Origin: Eledone cirrhosa
Lineage: Eukaryota
Assembly: GCA_964016885.1 (NCBI GenBank)
Contig: OZ024740.1
Location: 66,278,001 to 66,342,000, forward strand
DNA: 64,000 nucleotides
Direction: 5' to 3'
Shown: piece by piece, positions 25,746 through 40,750 of the stretch
Layout: each line of letters opens with the position of its first letter
How positions within the stretch are numbered: position 1 is the stretch's first letter
The notes under the pieces: model-generated
Told to the model about the DNA's origin: nothing
What the model saw: only the letters and a program-made list of their open reading frames with translations
Database searches by the model: none
Made by a program: the position numbers and the translations under genes

Positions 25746-27147
25746 ATATACATATACACAATGATCGTGTAAAACTCAACTACAGTCTTCCGATGAGCGT
25801 ATCAGTCGTGGTTTAGTTTTGTGTCGAACTTAAGTATTTTTCTCCCTCAGAGCTAGGCGTTAGATTATTTGAGATGTAAGGCGTCGATATAACGTAAAAC
25901 AATATATGATTCCTTTTATAAATCGTTAGTTGGGGTGTATGGAATATACTAGGTGTCAACGGCCATCCATCAAATCTAAAATAGGGAATAACCGCTTTAA
26001 GATTTATGAATCAAGCATTGATGACCGTCCTGTCAAAATATGCTCATGGTTGTCTGTCTGACAGAAGCAGATCTTTATTGATAAGAAGCACAGTTGAAAT
26101 TATGTGCAAGAACCATACAGTGTTACGCTATTAAGTGTCTTTCTAGAATTATCATCAAACAATATCTTCATTTAATTCCCGCAAAGTTAAATTGAAGATA
26201 GATGAACTGAGTGTTGATGATTGATTCTGCTCCTGCGATTTCGGAAACCTTCGAAGAGTTTCCAACCTTGTATATCCTGGGGATTGTAAAGGCAAAGTGG
26301 AATTTGATCTTACATGGTGTGAGACATAACTGCAACCTCGAATATGATACCATTTATTGTTAATATTTCAATATATAAGGTATTAAATATTTTAATCACC
26401 AATTTAAAAGACAAATTCGTCTATGACATTGATTACCAAAACGTCTAATATAGCCTTTACGAATCTATTGACATCGTATTAATAACTTCTTGGAAATATG
26501 TTCCGTCGTAAACCAGAATTATAAATGACCGATTATCTTGTAGAGAAACAATACGGTTATAAAAACATATAAATCACAGTAATATGAGATGAAATGTTGA
26601 TAAAGGCTACTTTAGTTATTAATCGTCCTGCTATTTCACTTATTAAACACTAAATATTACGTATTATTATCATATTGTTCAAATATTAATTTCTTTATTA
26701 CTCACATTAGTGTTCTCCGACTATAATGATAATGATAATGCGTTGTTATGAAAATATAAACCAAATAGGGATAAACATCATCCCCCCAAAATATAACTTG
26801 AATTTGTCTGGAATCTAAATAAAAAAAATATTCCCAAAAATATTTAATATTTAATGAAATGTAGATCATATTCAATTTGAGTGTCAACCCATTTTAATGT
26901 ATTTTCATCTAAGGAACCACATCGTTTTAAAATTCATTTTAAATCAAATAATTACATAGTTAATAACATCATTCAGACGATACTACGACAATAAATATAA
27001 TAAATTATGCAAAGCCAATTTCAACGCTATACAAATCTCAATCATTTAACGCCAGAAATGTCAGTTTATTGAAGCGTAAATATTGCGAAAAATTAAAGAC
27101 AAGAACAAAAAATCAAGCAAAGAAGTTTATATCTATATATTAGATAG

Positions 27148-27192
27148 TTAATTAAGAGGTTGAAAGTTTTCAGAAAGCTCCTTCCACTTCAC
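27148..27192 (-). CDS. Candidate terminal coding exon of an unknown host gene (VKWKELSENFQPLN*)
   Basis: Acceptor TCTTATTTTCTGTAG; phase compatible with the micro-exon at 29106-29131. Confidence 0.35.
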   Translation of the reverse strand: MKWKELSENFQPLN

Positions 27193-28249
27193 CTACAGAA
27201 AATAAGACGGTGGTCAGCAGATGAAAGATGGTTCATTTGTCTTGCTCAAATAACTTGATGCTATATATTTCTGATAAACTCTCTTCATAAGATAAAATAC
27301 AATAGCTGTGATTTTTAATCGATTTCTAATAACCAGAAATCTGTGTATGACACTATGTATACGGTTTACTAATAAAATGCTTCAAAATCAATGTTTATAG
27401 CAGTGTAGATATTAGTATATATCCTTTACTGAATAGTATATATTCACCATTTCTGATATCCTTGAATTTTATTTCAACATGTGACAACAATATTTTGTAC
27501 CAAATATGGGAATACCAGTTCTATGTTACTTTTTAATCATGTATCAGGAAACTGATGAATGCAGAGTTTACCGCTTTGTGATTTGAACTCCGTTCGCCGA
27601 GAGGTGTTGCATATACCTCAAGGCATTCTATCCGACGCTCTATATATTCTCCCAAAAGACCATAAGTGCAAATATATTTTAGATTATTTGAATTAATTCA
27701 TATATAAAATAACGTAAAATCCTTACTGAACGTTGTCGGGATCTTACACATTATATATCTTCAAATTATGTTTCCTTCTCTTGAAATAGTTATAACCAGA
27801 ACGTGTGCGTCAGATTAACTTAAATTATCAGAAAACTTATTTCATGAATGATCTTGTTCGTTTTCTTTCGTTCTCGATCAACCCACATCGGGTAAATTAA
27901 TCTGGACTTTAATCCATTGCAATCTATATTTATATAATGTTCATATTAAGAGGACATTTATTATTCAATCTGACATTTCCCTTCTTTCAGAATGCACTGC
28001 ATGGTATCAAGAGGATTTGAGTTCTGTTTCGAACAAGCAAATGAAACACTTAAAATATCTCTTTATTTTTGTTTTACTACCAGAGAATGTATGTCTTTTC
28101 TGCGTTTAGCCCCCCCCCCCCCCCCCCCCCCCTCCCTCCCCCTAAAAACATTTTAAACAAAATTTATTCCAAATTAAGGGCGATAATGTACATAAAAGAC
28201 CTAAGCATTAATTCAAATCAGCGTCATTAAAAATTAATACCGATATATT

Positions 28250-28283
<34 letters not shown>

Positions 28284-28327
28284 AAAGATTGGAGGCCATA
28301 TTCGGTTGAGTCAGGTTATTTAAAACT

Positions 28328-28385
28328 CCGTTATGCATATTTCACTGAGGACTATCAGTTAAGATAGCCTGAGCTCTTCAGACGG
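28328..28385 (-). ncRNA. Type I hammerhead ribozyme
   Basis: CCGU-CUGAAGA-GCUCAGG CUAUC uuaacu GAUAG U CCUCAGU-GAAA-UAUGCA-UA-ACGG. Confidence 0.75.
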
Positions 28386-29105
28386 CAAAACTGAAAATAA
28401 CTATTGAAAGTTCGTAATAAAGTTTTAAATTTGGAAGAATCAAATAATTTCCCTGAAAAATATTTTCTTTTCATGATACTAGAGGCCGGTCGAACGCGTG
28501 GTCTTGTTTCTTCGATGACCGGCCGCTTCATATATGTATATATATTTTACTCTGGAGATTCGCTTGTTTATCACTTGGTTTTGTCTGATAGTCCTGAGAT
28601 AAAGCGTCTCAACTCCATGGTAACAAGACTCACTATTTGGATTCAATAAAATTGTTCTATAGAAGGGTTGTAGTTGCAGCTTATAGTTTGATAAAATATC
28701 ATAATAGAAAAATATATTTATTTAGCAAAGATACAAATAGTTCGACAGAATTTTGAATCTCATACTTATATTTCGTCACAAAAGGTTTTCTATTCATTGA
28801 AAAATTAAATGACGATCTGAAGCAATATACCTATACGCTTGCCTGACAAGCAATACATAGAAACCGTATCCCGCTAATATTGCACTCTATTATACTTAAA
28901 TTCGAACATTTCTTGTTTAGACGGTCTATTTTATTCCTGACTACATTCTATTAGTTATGCGCAGATGTTAATACAATAGACTATAACAACCTTCAAATGT
29001 ATATGTGCCTCTGTACGAATTTAAAATTTGATCAGGTTTCTTGATTCCACATCTGATAGAATAATATCCTAGACAAACACAGATGTGGAAATATCACATA
29101 CTAAC

Positions 29106-29131
29106 CTTTCCAAATTCGAGGAATTGTTCAT
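29106..29131 (-). CDS. Candidate 26-nt host micro-exon (xEQFLEFGK)
   Basis: Acceptor TTTTTAATTTCTTACAG, donor AAG|GTTAGT. Confidence 0.4.
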
Positions 29132-29657
29132 CTGTAAGAAATTAAAAACGTAATGTCTAAGTTTATATTGTCTTTCCATTATTTGAGATTGACAAACTAC
29201 TTATAAGTGCTATATTAAGCAGGTTGTCAGCTGGTTAAATTATACCAATAGTAAATACTTAATAAAACTTTAAATAATGTAGCAGTCAATACGTCGTATT
29301 TATCGAATCTTTTTTGAAATTACCCTTAGCCATTAGTATCGGTTTTATAATGGGCCCGATTCAATACATACTAAAAAAGGTAGAATGTTAAAGTCATTGT
29401 AGTTGATGTCTCACAAAGAGAAATCAAATTTCTATGGCACTATATTTTATTATATTTACGGTGTTATATAACAAAGTCCGGTGATGCGTATGTTTGTTAT
29501 TTATAATATGAGAAGCCTGATTGTTAAGAGTTCATAATGTTATTGTTTCGTTTAAAATGTTTATAGTCTATGGTAATATAACTGCTTTTAGTTGATTGTG
29601 ATTGAGACGGAAACATACACAGGATCTACATACGTTTGTGAATATAAAAACAACTAA

Positions 29658-29693
<36 letters not shown>

Positions 29694-29750
29694 GGGGGGG
29701 GGCGTGTGTTTGTGTGTTTGTGTATGAATGTTTCTTCGCGTCAGTCCGTT

Positions 29751-29788
<38 letters not shown>

Positions 29789-29871
29789 AAGTTTTATTTA
29801 AATTGTTGGGTTACAACGAGTAAATATTTATAACTGATATAAAAGCACTCAACAAGTATTTGGAGTATATT

Positions 29872-30358
<487 letters not shown>

Positions 30359-30773
30359 CGATTGATAGATAGATATATAGAAATAGAGAGAGAGAGAGAT
30401 AAATCGATGCATACATACATCAATACGTATGCATATAAACGTGTGTGTTTATGTGGGTGTGGATATGAAACAGAATAAAACATTGAATATTCCGCTTCAT
30501 TGTGTAATATCTCAACAATTGAACTATTCAGTACTATGTGTGTCTGTGTGTGTGTTTCTTTACGGAAACCGAGAGCCAAGTAGACACGCTTTCACCCACA
30601 TCATGTACACATTTAGATGAAATAAATTGAATGAAATATTGGCGGACAGGCAGATGGGAATATCTTTCTCACTCAAGCGTGCACATGCATCTTTTTCTTT
30701 AACACACCAATGTGTATAGATGCGATAAATATATACTTTAGTCTTATACTATGCACGCATGCATAAATAGGCG

Positions 30774-30877
<104 letters not shown>

Positions 30878-32514
30878 AGTGTATATATATATACATATAT
30901 ATGTCTGTGTGTGTGTATGTGTGTGTATATATATATAGGTGCGTATAGTCATGTATTGCATAATTTAGTACACTTACATAATATTTATATGATACATATA
31001 TTATACCTATATACAAACATGTATATATCCATAGCTGAAATGTGACAATTCATGAGGAAAGAAATTTCACCTTCACCTTCTGATAGGAAAGGGGATAAAA
31101 GCTTCTAGTCCTCGCTATTTAACATTGCTTGATGTTTGTTGTAAAATGTATTACATTATGGTATAACGATCGTGTGATTGAATTTTTTTTTCCTTTTTTT
31201 TTCTGTTTTTTTCTTCTTCCATGTGGTGGAAATACCGCTGTTCACCACATAACCAATATTGCATTCTCGTTTTGTATCGCCAGTGATTCCGATGAGATTT
31301 TCACCTGATTCAATCAAGTGAATAAATAGCCTGATGTGAAATTAACGCGTATATGGCTGAGCAATCGACTGACACGCACATGACACGTCTGGTTCTTCGT
31401 AATTCAAATATAAGTCATTTCCTCCAGCTGAGATATCTGCAGCAATGTACAATAAAATATTTTAGTCAAGGCATCAACACGATGACGTTAATTGAACTCA
31501 AGATTTAAATTTTGTGAGACGAATGTCTTACCAATTCTTCAGGCGCCATACCGAAACAAAATTATATATTTAATATACGTGTGCATGTGTTTGTGCATGT
31601 ATACATATTTATGTGTTTGTATCTTTGTGCGTATTGGATATGTGTGTACGTGTGTGTGGATGTGTGTGTGTGTGTGGGGGGGGGGGGGGGGTTGAAAGTT
31701 TGTGAGTGTTTGAGCAAATAGCATTCTGAACCGAAGAAAATGATAATGGGTTAGAAAACAGAGTGATTTAATGTAGTATAAAGATAGTTAATAAGATTGA
31801 AAAGCGGAAACTATTACAATGTTATTTCAGCAATGTACCTCTGATAGAAAATTGATAAGTGACTATTTTTATGCGAATACTATCTTTAAGATCTTATATA
31901 TTTTTGAGAGAAATTATTAGCAGACACAAGAATGAAAAGCAATATAGTGGTCACATTCACTTAGCTGTTGGATATTAGATGCGGCTCAGAATGCTACAGC
32001 GGTACGGTTTGTCTTTTATGATTTGGGAGACGTCAAAAATCGTATCAGAGCAGCACTTGCCTATTGCTCTGCCCCTCCAATTATCACATGCTGGATGATC
32101 GGCTGTGGAGGTTCGTGAGTGAGTTTTATGTCTTCTCGCGTATAAGAGACTTTGCATTCGCAAGAAGACACTTAGCAAAAGCATGCTGCACACATACCCG
32201 ACTGTGAGTGGTGGGTACATAAGTTGTAGCTGTTGCAACAACAACAGTAGCGGTAGCAGTAGCAGCATTAGTGTTATGAACGGTATTGGATGTGAGAGCA
32301 CTGGCTGAAAATAGTTAAACTGGAGTGTGAAATGAAATATACTTTCGAAAAATAGATTGGTGGAAAAAGTCGGATTTATGACACTAAAGTTACGATGTGT
32401 ATCTAGCTATGAATTTCATGAAATTTTATTGTAGCTATTATCGCTAAGTTCATATTTGTTTGATACTATCAAAAAGGGCTTACAAATATACAGACCTACG
32501 TTTGATAATACGAA

Positions 32515-32680
32515 TGCTAGGTCGGACGCCATGCTTTCCAGCATAGTTACGTCCCTTTACGGTCTGAGTTCAAATACCGTCGAGGTTAACTTTGCCTTTC
32601 ATCCTTACCGGGTCGATAAAATAAAGTACCACTAATGAACTGGGAAATTGCTGGCCTTGTGCCAAAAGTAGAAACAATTA
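32515..32680 (+). mobile_element. tRNA-derived SINE
   Basis: GAGTTCAAAT B-box plus CTTTGCCTTTCATCCTT..GGGTCGATAAAAT..GTACCA; multiple copies in window. Confidence 0.75.
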
Positions 32681-33934
32681 TTAAATATAAATTCCTAAAT
32701 AGAAAGTGATTTTCCTCCATTGATTAATTGAATATATATACTGATGCTTTCTAAATCAGGAACATTGTCTTCAAACTCACTGGAAGCCAAAGTCAATTTA
32801 TTTCGATTCCAGTAGTTGAGTTTCTGTTTCATATTATCGACCCAAACTCACCACGGGAGGAATTTAAACTCGGATTGTAAAGAAGAAAAAATCAAATACT
32901 ACGAGGAAATAGCCAATATGCGGCTCTACTCTGTGTAATAATACAACAATGTAACTATAATCAATACAGTTCTTTTTGGCATAGTCATATTTTTTCAATC
33001 TGAATTAATTGCCAATATGTCGCCCGTAAATTGTCAGATCTGGCTTATCTGGATGTGATATATTAAATGTTGGTCACAGAATCTTGTTGTTTCGTTTCCC
33101 TATAAATACAACAATTATATTAATTGTTTAATAAAATAAATATTACAAAGTTTTATATATACCGGTGAGGAAGATATTCTCAAATAAAGACCCCGGTGCG
33201 ATTGCTTTTGTTAGTGAGGAGTTGCCTAACAACACCCAATGAACAAAGGGTTGCATTAAACAAGGCGATTGGAATTAAACCCTGTGAGGAGTTATATACT
33301 GAATATATATTACCCCTATATTTTATAGTTTCAGACAACTATTTTCTAGCATTGGCACAAAGGCATTTAGCTATGAAAGATAAAGAAACAACTAACATTG
33401 ATCCTAAAAATATTGGAGTTACATCGTATTTTGTCCACTAAGGGAAAAGGTTATCAAGCATTAACAACGTGTTCACCGATTTAAATTGGATAATATAATT
33501 GTTGTCATTCAGAAGCAAACCTCCGTTAGTGATCCGTTTATTTTCAGCGAGGATGCAATATTTCTATAGCAAAATCACGCACACAAAATAATCTGCAGCT
33601 TCAATTAACTTCCCCAGAGTACGGAAAGCACTCCTGGGAAATATTAGACATTTTCGAAATATATACACACCGATTCAAATTACGGCGATCTGCTAAACTA
33701 TATCGTTATTCAACACCGTCGTATGAAATGTGCTGAGACGTCTTCTATTTATAAACCTTTCAAGTTTTGTTTTCAGTTTAACAAAGAAATCTACTTAATT
33801 ATTTACATAAATACATGACTAGAAAACGTATACTGGTGGACAAATAACATTGTATGACGTTCTGGACAAATAACATTGTATGACGTTCGTGCTATTCCAA
33901 AATATGTTTTTAAATAATATAAATAATATAATTT

Positions 33935-34110
33935 CTACTTTTGGCACAAGGCCAGCAATTATCCAGTGCATTACTGGTACTTTATTTTATCGACCCCGTA
34001 AGGATGAAAGGCAAAGTTAACCTAGGCGGGATTTGAACTCAGAATGGCAAGGGCCGTAACTTTATGCATCAAAGCATGGCATCCAACCCTCTACCGATAC
34101 TGCCAATTCA
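33935..34110 (-). mobile_element. tRNA-derived SINE
   Basis: Reverse complement of the 39735-39915 family. Confidence 0.75.
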
Positions 34111-34215
34111 CATAATAATGCCTCTTCACTGCTTTTGATTATCATCTAAATGTATATCTAATCCATTATTAGCATTTGACATTTTATACTTATTTTGATT
34201 CAAAATAATGAATTC

Positions 34216-34272
<57 letters not shown>

Positions 34273-34275
<3 letters not shown>

Positions 34276-34454
34276 CAAAGGAATTGTGGTAAGGAACCAG
34301 ATGGACCATAACGCATCAGAGTACTCAATACTTAGGGTAGTAGAGTGGGAAATAGGAAAAAGTATGACCCGACGGCAGAGCTCAAGCCGTTTCGACGGCT
34401 ATTCAGAAATAGCCGTTGAAACAGCTTGAGCTCTGCCGTCGGCGTCATACTTTT

Positions 34455-34458
<4 letters not shown>
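34273..34458. repeat. Short fold-back pLTR terminus of the 17190/19097 family within (TA)n
   Basis: Homologous to 19097-19230 with a 45-bp inverted repeat. Confidence 0.75.
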
Positions 34459-34514
<56 letters not shown>

Positions 34515-34662
34515 TTAATATATCTACCGACATATGCATACAGATGCATACCTATGCTACCAGATATATATGTTTTGTCTTAGTAACTTTGTGGTTCTAT
34601 GCAGGGAATGCAGAACAATTATATGAAAGACGTAAATAAGAAAGTTATGAACATTGACTTAC

Positions 34663-34693
34663 TTACTAAAATTTCACTCCAACTAATTAGTTT
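34663..34693 (-). CDS. Candidate host micro-exon (27 or 31 nt; KLISWSEIL[V])
   Basis: Acceptor TATTTATCCCTTACAG; two overlapping GTAAGT donors. Confidence 0.35.
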
Positions 34694-35149
34694 CTGTAAG
34701 GGGATAAATATAGTTACGTAATAACTATAGAGAAGCCTTACGTCATCAGGGAGTCTATTCTCAGCTAAGTTTCCAGGCAATGCGGGGACACTGGGAACTT
34801 ATATAAAAATAATTCAGTGGATGGAAAAAAGCTAGCGGGGCTAGATTCCAAGCCATTGAAAAATTCACTGTCTTCTTGGTCAAGTGGCAAATTCAAAAGA
34901 ATCAATCACGTGACACTGAGGTTAACCAGCTTGGAGTGGGGGTGCTATTAAGACAGAGCCTAGCTACTACTATCAGTCACACTATATATATATATATGCA
35001 TTATAAGATGTATTCGATAGAAATTGATTTGAATGTTTTGTCGCCATCATATTCAATTTAGTTTCAATAGGTAACAAATATACTGACTTATATTACTATG
35101 TTTGCAGTGAATCAATTCCACTCATTCTTCCCTTTCTCATCCTTGATCA

Positions 35150-35575
35150 CTTATTCTTGAGAGGATCATGAGAGTCATCAAACCCTCCTTCCAGCAGGTC
35201 ATGTCAGACGCAATCGTTTCCACCTGTGCGGCTGGATCTCCACGCCAGTCCAGCTAAGTTCATGGATGTTATCCAACCATCTTCCTCAGGATCTACACCT
35301 GGTACCCCCTGCGGGTTGTTGTTGCCCGTATAATGTGTTCAGTGATTCCTTCCTGAGACATCCTAACCAGATACCTATATGATCAGAGCTGTGATATCCC
35401 AATTCGGAGAAATAGCTCCTCTGACTGGAGTCACGCTCTGATATCCGAGCTACACAATCTATCGAGTAGCATACTCCAAAGACCGTTCTGATGAATCCCA
35501 TTTCGACCGAATCTATTCGCAAACGCATTCTTGCGGTCATTACCCAAGACACCCGACCACAGGTAAGAGTTGGCA
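35150..35575 (-). mobile_element. Old LINE (RTE-like) 3' fragment
   Basis: PTLTCG..SWVMTARMRLRIDSVEMGFIR resembles an RTE C-terminal region. Confidence 0.6.
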
Positions 35576-36662
35576 CGAATAATCATAAATGTAAGCTATT
35601 CCTTGTTAAAATGAATGAATATCTATCATATATGTCAATTGCTTGCGGAGTTTCAGTTAAATAAGATATCTCAGTTCTAATCGTATGAAAATGTCTGAGA
35701 ATGCAGATCATACTTTACGCATATCATTTTCACGTAAGGAAAATGTTACAGCAGAGCAAACATACAAAAGGACAACAAGTAAAAGGCATTGGCAACAACG
35801 TATGAAGTATTGCCTACAACCCATGTATGTCTGTGTAGCAAATTCTAAGTGGAATGCCTCAGTCATGTCAATCTCGTTGATGATGATGGCGGTGTTGTTT
35901 ATTATAGTAGTGGTGAATGTGATGATGATGATTGTGACGTGAGTGATGAAGGCTGTCTTAACACATCATTTATGAAACGAAAGTGAGGGAAATATTGGAA
36001 ATAACGGTATACATGATGTTGCTTACAATTTCGTCATATCAGGATGAGGGAATTGCATCTAAAGAAGAGTCTTATAGTGGGATGGCTGTTCCAGTACATA
36101 ACACTATCCTTTCATTTTGATAATAATTCTGCCATCGTATTAACTCTAACTGATCGATTTTATTTTAAAATATGTTAGCAATTACCAGAAACAGTCACAT
36201 TCGACTACATCGTATAGAACTTATACATTTCAACACTACTAAAATCTACATATATAATCTAGAGTATACCCCTCAAAAACCGACGGTTAATGGTAGAATC
36301 AAATAATATCACAAACACAATGACAATTTAAGCGCGTATATACCATACAATAAACACAAACTGATTGAGAAAAGTATAACACTAACAGCAAAAATTCAAA
36401 AACTAGTTGTACTGTTTACAAATATAAAATGGCCTCCGCCTATTCTAGACGAGTAGAAATACGTGACAGGATATAAGATCCTGAAAGTTTAGAAATGTCC
36501 ATAAAATATTTTTAGAAAATATTTCTTTTTTAAATCATGCAACTAAATCTATATAAATGAAAGTACAATAGAAGAATTGTCTGTCTACATATCATTGGAA
36601 GAAGAAAAATGTCTTACATATTTAGAGGATATGTTTTTGCACGTAAATACACATATACACAC

Positions 36663-36759
<97 letters not shown>

Positions 36760-37730
36760 GTATATATATATATGTATATATATATATACATACCTACACA
36801 CACACATATATAAATATATATAAATATATGTGGGTGTGTGTGTGTGTGTGTGGGTGTGTGTGGGTGTGGGGGGTATGTGTGTGTGTGTGTGTTCGCATCC
36901 CTCGTCTTATCCGACGTGAGAACATTCACCACAGTTTCCTTTTTTATCAGTCTTCGTGACACGAAGAATTCGAGTGTAAATGGAATAAATTGATTATTTG
37001 GGAGATGAATTAGTAGAGGAAGTAAAGCATAACAGTATTTTCCTGGTCATACATATATATGAAGCTATTCTTCAGTGTAGTGACGTGGTTTTAACTTGAG
37101 TTATTTTCTTCCAAATTGAAAGAATAATTCCCATTGCAAATACTGCCATGCTCTTCTTTTTAAGTTATATAATACTTTAATATATGGATTCAAAATTTAA
37201 AATCGATATCAACGTAATCTCTTCCTTCAGAATTTTAGAATTTACATTATATTATTATTAAAAAAAGAAAAAAGACTTAAAAAACAAAACCACCACCAAC
37301 ATAGACACCAACGCCTGTGGAAAACTTACCCCTTCCTGACATTACACAGTTAGACACTAAATGTGAGGACGTATAGTGGGTGGAAAACTGTCGGCTGAGG
37401 GACAGACAAAAAAAGATCACCCCTTCACCCTCACACAAAAAGCTAAACACCTTTAAATATGGCTGGCTACACAGCCCACAAATTTGTGATCTGTGTGGCC
37501 CACCTATATAGGTAAAATCGACAGAGACCTGGTTACAGGAAGCTAAACGCGTCACTCCTGGTGAGTAAAGATTACGGAGATCGGATTAGCGAAGTAGTTA
37601 AGCGAGTGTTGATGGGGTCAATCGTCAACAACAAATATTGGTTCGCCCTGAAAATGGTGATCAATGTAGAATCTGTTAGATTTAGAATGTCTATATAGAT
37701 AGAAAAGTAGAGACAAGAGGGAGAACTAAT

Positions 37731-37930
37731 NNNNNNNNNNNNNNNNNNNNNNNNNNNNNNNNNNNNNNNNNNNNNNNNNNNNNNNNNNNNNNNNNNNNNN
37801 NNNNNNNNNNNNNNNNNNNNNNNNNNNNNNNNNNNNNNNNNNNNNNNNNNNNNNNNNNNNNNNNNNNNNNNNNNNNNNNNNNNNNNNNNNNNNNNNNNNN
37901 NNNNNNNNNNNNNNNNNNNNNNNNNNNNNN
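37731..37930. other. Assembly gap (200 N)
   Basis: Run of N. Confidence 1.
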
Positions 37931-38297
37931 TCAAACGGGAGGAAGAAGGAGTCTAGTCAGTGAATTCGGTGAAAAATAAGTTCTGTGAAATCGTAGACGA
38001 GAGAGAGAAAAAAGGGGAACCGGCCTGGCCAAGCGTGCGAAAGAAAAGAATTACGCACATGTCAAACGGGAAGAAAGGGAGGAGGAGAGGTAGTAACAGA
38101 GAGTGCGTGAGTGAAGGGTGAGGAAGAGGCTAACAGAGAGAGTGGCTGTTAGAGAGGGTAAAGATACAGAGAAAGAGGAAGCAGTAAGAACGAAATAGAC
38201 GTGTCACAGCGGGGGAAAATATATGTGTAAATATGAGAATAAACGTGATGCGAGGTTGCAAATGGGTTACATGTGAATAAAGTTGGTCCTTCATCAG
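37931..38297. repeat. GA-rich dispersed repeat (also 54538-55157, and inverted at about 48170-48650)
   Basis: Shared blocks such as GTTCTGTGAAATCGTAGACGAGA and TGGGTTACAT.TGAATAAA..GTCCTTCATCAG. Confidence 0.75.
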
Positions 38298-38315
38298 ATA
38301 TATATATATATACAA

Positions 38316-39140
38316 AATTAATTAAATTAAATTAAATTAAATTAAGGGACTCATGTCCGAGACATGCGCCATATCCTCCGTAGTATAAGCTCAAATATTC
38401 CAATGAATAGATCCGAGCATCTTATATCAACTAGAAATTGATTGACATATTTTTGAAAAAGGTAATATTTGAAGCTTTAGTTAAACTTTAATTAGTTACC
38501 TACCTAGCTATGTGTGATTACACACTTTATAAATTATCCCCTGTGATTGTTTCATGTGTTTGTTTTATATATATATATATGTCAATCAATTTCTAGTTGA
38601 TATAAAATGCTCGGATCTATTCATTGGAATCTTTGAGCTATTTTCTAGGGTGGATATAGCGCATGTCTCGGACATGTCTCCTTTAATTTAATTTAATTTA
38701 ATTAATTTAAGATATATAAACGGCTCCTTAATTGTAGAGCTAAATCAGTTGAAAGGACTGGGCTGCTATTTATAGCTGTCGATCACCCTATTGACGCCAA
38801 TGGGATAACGCTAGTATGTTGTTAATAGTTTTAGAATTGCAACGCGTGCGATGGGTCACTCGCAGATTTGCATTTGATCTGTAAACACAGAGAGTTAAAT
38901 CTTCTCACTTGCTGAAGATCCAAGATTTGACTACTGTGACTTTACCGATTAATGGTGAAATATACTTCTTTAATGAAATTAGGATTAATAATTTTTTAAA
39001 AAGGTAATATTTGAAGCTCTAGTTAAACATTAATTAGTTACCTACCTAGCTATGTGTGATTAAACACTTTACTAATCATCCCGTGATTGTTTCGTGTGGT
39101 TATTTTAAATGTATATATGTCAATCAATTTCTAGTTGATA
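38316..39140. repeat. Inverted repeat (38316-38448 / 38577-38708) with partial direct duplication (38450-38600 / 38990-39140)
   Basis: Direct reading of reverse-complement and direct matches. Confidence 0.75.
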
Positions 39141-39381
39141 TATATATATATATATATAATAAGGAGTTGACGGACCCAGCATATTTATCAATATATATAT
39201 GTGTGTGTGTGTGTGCGTATGTGTGTGTGTGTGTGCGTGCGTGCGTTCGTGTGTTTGTGTTCATCGATTTACAGATTAGTTCATCGCTTTACAGAGCTAA
39301 AGACAATATAATATGTAACCTGAGGTTTTCGCATATTATTATTGATATTTGAAAAACTCAGATTACATTTATATATATATA

Positions 39382-39720
39382 CTAGCAGTGGTACCCGGCG
39401 TCGCACGGGATAAGGTATTGTGAAGTGTATAACCGCCTTAGCTAAGCTTAGTATTGCCACAACCACGGCTGGCAAAGAAGTAAGGGTCTGGCGGTACGTA
39501 AGTTAGCAACAGTGTGGCTTAAAACGTGAGGAAGAAGTTGTGTGCCCTTACCAACTGTTTGGGGAATGAGTGTGAGATTTGTCTTGAGCCAGGGTGGCAG
39601 AATAACCGAAGGCAGCAGATAGCCAGAGATACAGACAGATATTATAAGGCGCGTTCTGGTTACAGAGCGAATTGTAGGAAGTGACGTAATGCAGACAGCC
39701 AGACATACAGACATATATTA
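39382..39720 (-). mobile_element. Non-autonomous Helitron-like element
   Basis: Minus-strand 3' end CCCGTGCGACGCCGGG hairpin, 8 nt, then CTAG|T; (GACA)-like repeats near the other end. Confidence 0.6.
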
Positions 39721-39734
39721 TAAGGGCGCGACTG

Positions 39735-39915
39735 GTGGATTGGCAGTATCAGTAGAGGGTCGGACGCCATGCTTTCCAGCATAGTTACGTCCCTTTACGA
39801 TCTGAGTTCAAATCCCGCCGAGGTTGACTTTGCCTTTCATCCTTACGGGGTCGATAAAATAAAGTACCAGTAATGCACTGGGTAATTGCTGGCCTTGTGC
39901 CTCAAGTAGAAACAG
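39735..39915 (+). mobile_element. tRNA-derived SINE
   Basis: Best-preserved copy of the family; B-box GAGTTCAAATCCC. Confidence 0.8.
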
Positions 39916-40106
39916 TTATATGTATGTATCTATTTAAAAAGAGAAAGACTAAGAATTATAATGAGAGATAGCTAAATCGCCTCATGCAGTCCCTAGGGCA
40001 TTGAAACATAAGTATTACATGTGTAAAGTCTGAAAACAGCCGGTTGGGTGCTTCTCTAGTTTTAGGGATTCAAACTCACACACACGCAGACAGACATCCT
40101 CAGTTT

Positions 40107-40190
<84 letters not shown>

Positions 40191-40255
40191 ACCTGTGTAT
40201 TTGCTAGCATGGGCGTGCATCTGTGCGCTTATGTTAGTTGATATATTAAATTATC

Positions 40256-40286
<31 letters not shown>

Positions 40287-40750
40287 AACATCTTGTCAAG
40301 ACAAAGACAAGGATGGAAGGAAAGGAAAAAAAAAAACAATTAACAACTTATAATTTATTGAGAACTCAAAAAAGATGATAGCAGATATATATATATACAT
40401 GGCAATTTCTCTCTGTCTTTGTATCTATGTATAATCACCTTGGGCCTACACCAGTTATTATGATGAAACGTAACACACATAATATTCTGGAACAGGGCTG
40501 GCTAATTAGATTTCAATAAAAATCAATAATGGTGCCCCTGGGGACATCTTTACAATGGAGGAAGAAAGAGAAGGCGTTTCAGTGAGAGAGTGGGAAGAGG
40601 AGATACTACTCCTGTATGTTAAACCACCTCCCACTACCTCCCTTCCTCCTCTCTCAGCCCACCAAAACGGGGCAACAATTTATTAGATATAAATAAAGCA
40701 GTTCTAGTCCTGTAAAAGCTCTTCTATATTAAAATATATATATATATATA

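Noticed and set aside
26168-26353. Open frames in unique sequence
   Set aside because: No motif; bounded by stops without convincing splice sites.
31975-32301. 108-aa minus-strand ORF with Cys residues
   Set aside because: No complete zinc finger or recognisable domain, no clear splice signals, and it starts in a simple repeat.
33838-33888. Direct repeat of about 24 bp as a CRISPR-like unit
   Set aside because: Only two adjacent copies, no spacers, eukaryotic context; a simple tandem duplication.
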